From NCBI GenBank assembly GCA_977017575.1, contig CDRNVI010000217.1:1-18712 (forward strand): a stretch of DNA of 18,712 nucleotides, written 5' to 3'. This stretch comes from Paramoeba atlantica. Taxonomy: Eukaryota > Protista > Discosea. Every line of letters begins with the position of its first letter. Positions within the stretch are counted from its first letter, which is position 1. The notes below the pieces were generated by a model that saw only the letters and a list, made by a program, of their open reading frames with translations, did no database searches and was not told where the DNA came from. The position numbers and the translations under genes are program-made. Positions 18,002 through 18,712 of the stretch are shown here, piece after piece.

Positions 18002-18712
18002 CTAAACCTTTAAAGCTTTTGCGGAAAACAAAACGCGATTGGATGTTTTAGGAAAAAGAAGAAAGATCAAAATCCCAAAAGCAACCACAAAAATTCCCAT
18101 TACAATGAATGTTTGCTGTGAAGAAAGAAAGTTGAGAAAAATCGACAATTTTGAACAGATTTCTATTAATTCTTATCCATTTTTTTAAACCCAACTCTTT
18201 TTAAAAAATCAAAAAGAAAAAAGAAAAAAACATACAAATAAATTTTCCTCTCGACCCTCCCGAATTGCTTTCAACTCGTCCATGTAAAGAGAAGGATTCT
18301 GAACTCCGTCTGGCAATTCGAAGGCAGATGGCAATGGCAATATTGCCTGTTTTTTTTCAAATTAAATGGGGCGAGAAGAGGGAAAGAAAGAAAAGAAGGA
18401 AAAGGAAGAAAAGATGGAAAAGAAGGGAAAGAAGAGAAAGAAGGGAAAAAAGAAAAAAAAAGAAGGAAAAGAAGGAAAAGGGAAGAAACAAACGTCATAG
18501 AGATCAGTGAGAGCTTTCTTTGTTACATCGCTCTTTGGGTCACTAAAATAAACCAACAATTAAAAAAAAGTCTTTTCTTTCTTTTTCTTTGATATTTTCG
18601 AGAAAATAAGTTAAAACTATTTCTCTCACAAATCCTCTCTCTTCTTCTCCCAACTCCTTCTTCTCTTCTTTCTCTCTCCCCTCCCAACCAAAAAAAAAAA
18701 CCTGTGATTCAT
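18002..18712 (-). CDS. 3' part of an unidentified protein with a C-terminal transmembrane helix (5'-partial; exons >18712-18702, 18542-18494, 18346-18236, 18115-18002)
   Basis: The phase-consistent spliced translation is ..MNHS/DPKSDVTKKALTDLYD/AILPLPSAFELPDGVQNPSLYMDELKAIREGREENLF/QTFIVMGIFVVAFGILIFLLFPKTSNRVLFSAKALKV*. It ends in a ~20-aa hydrophobic helix and a short basic tail. I do not recognise the family. Confidence 0.7.

Overview
This is intron-rich eukaryotic (protist-like) genomic DNA in the standard genetic code, not prokaryotic DNA, so most short ORFs in the supplied track are shadows of GA/CT microsatellite introns. I assembled exons by hand from GT-AG boundaries, checking reading phase at every junction. 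Left to right: (1) the 3' end of a cullin-4 gene (+); (2) a complete 31-exon, ~953-aa divergent Sec23/Sec24-family gene resembling plant SEC23D (-); (3) a tRNA-Arg(TCG) gene with a Pol III terminator; (4) a 12-exon gene for a ~2834-aa protein (+); (5) the 3' end of a convergent gene for a protein with one C-terminal transmembrane helix (-). Gene 4 is the candidate novel system. It strings together beta-propeller-like repeats, a highly basic linker, a probable beta-sandwich, a degenerate Hsp70/actin-like domain, a pepsin-like domain with DTS in place of DTG in both lobes, a long duplicated beta-strand region containing a bulb-type lectin, a coiled coil and a Trp-rich hydrophobic segment. Family assignments come from motifs I recognise from memory, not from database searches.
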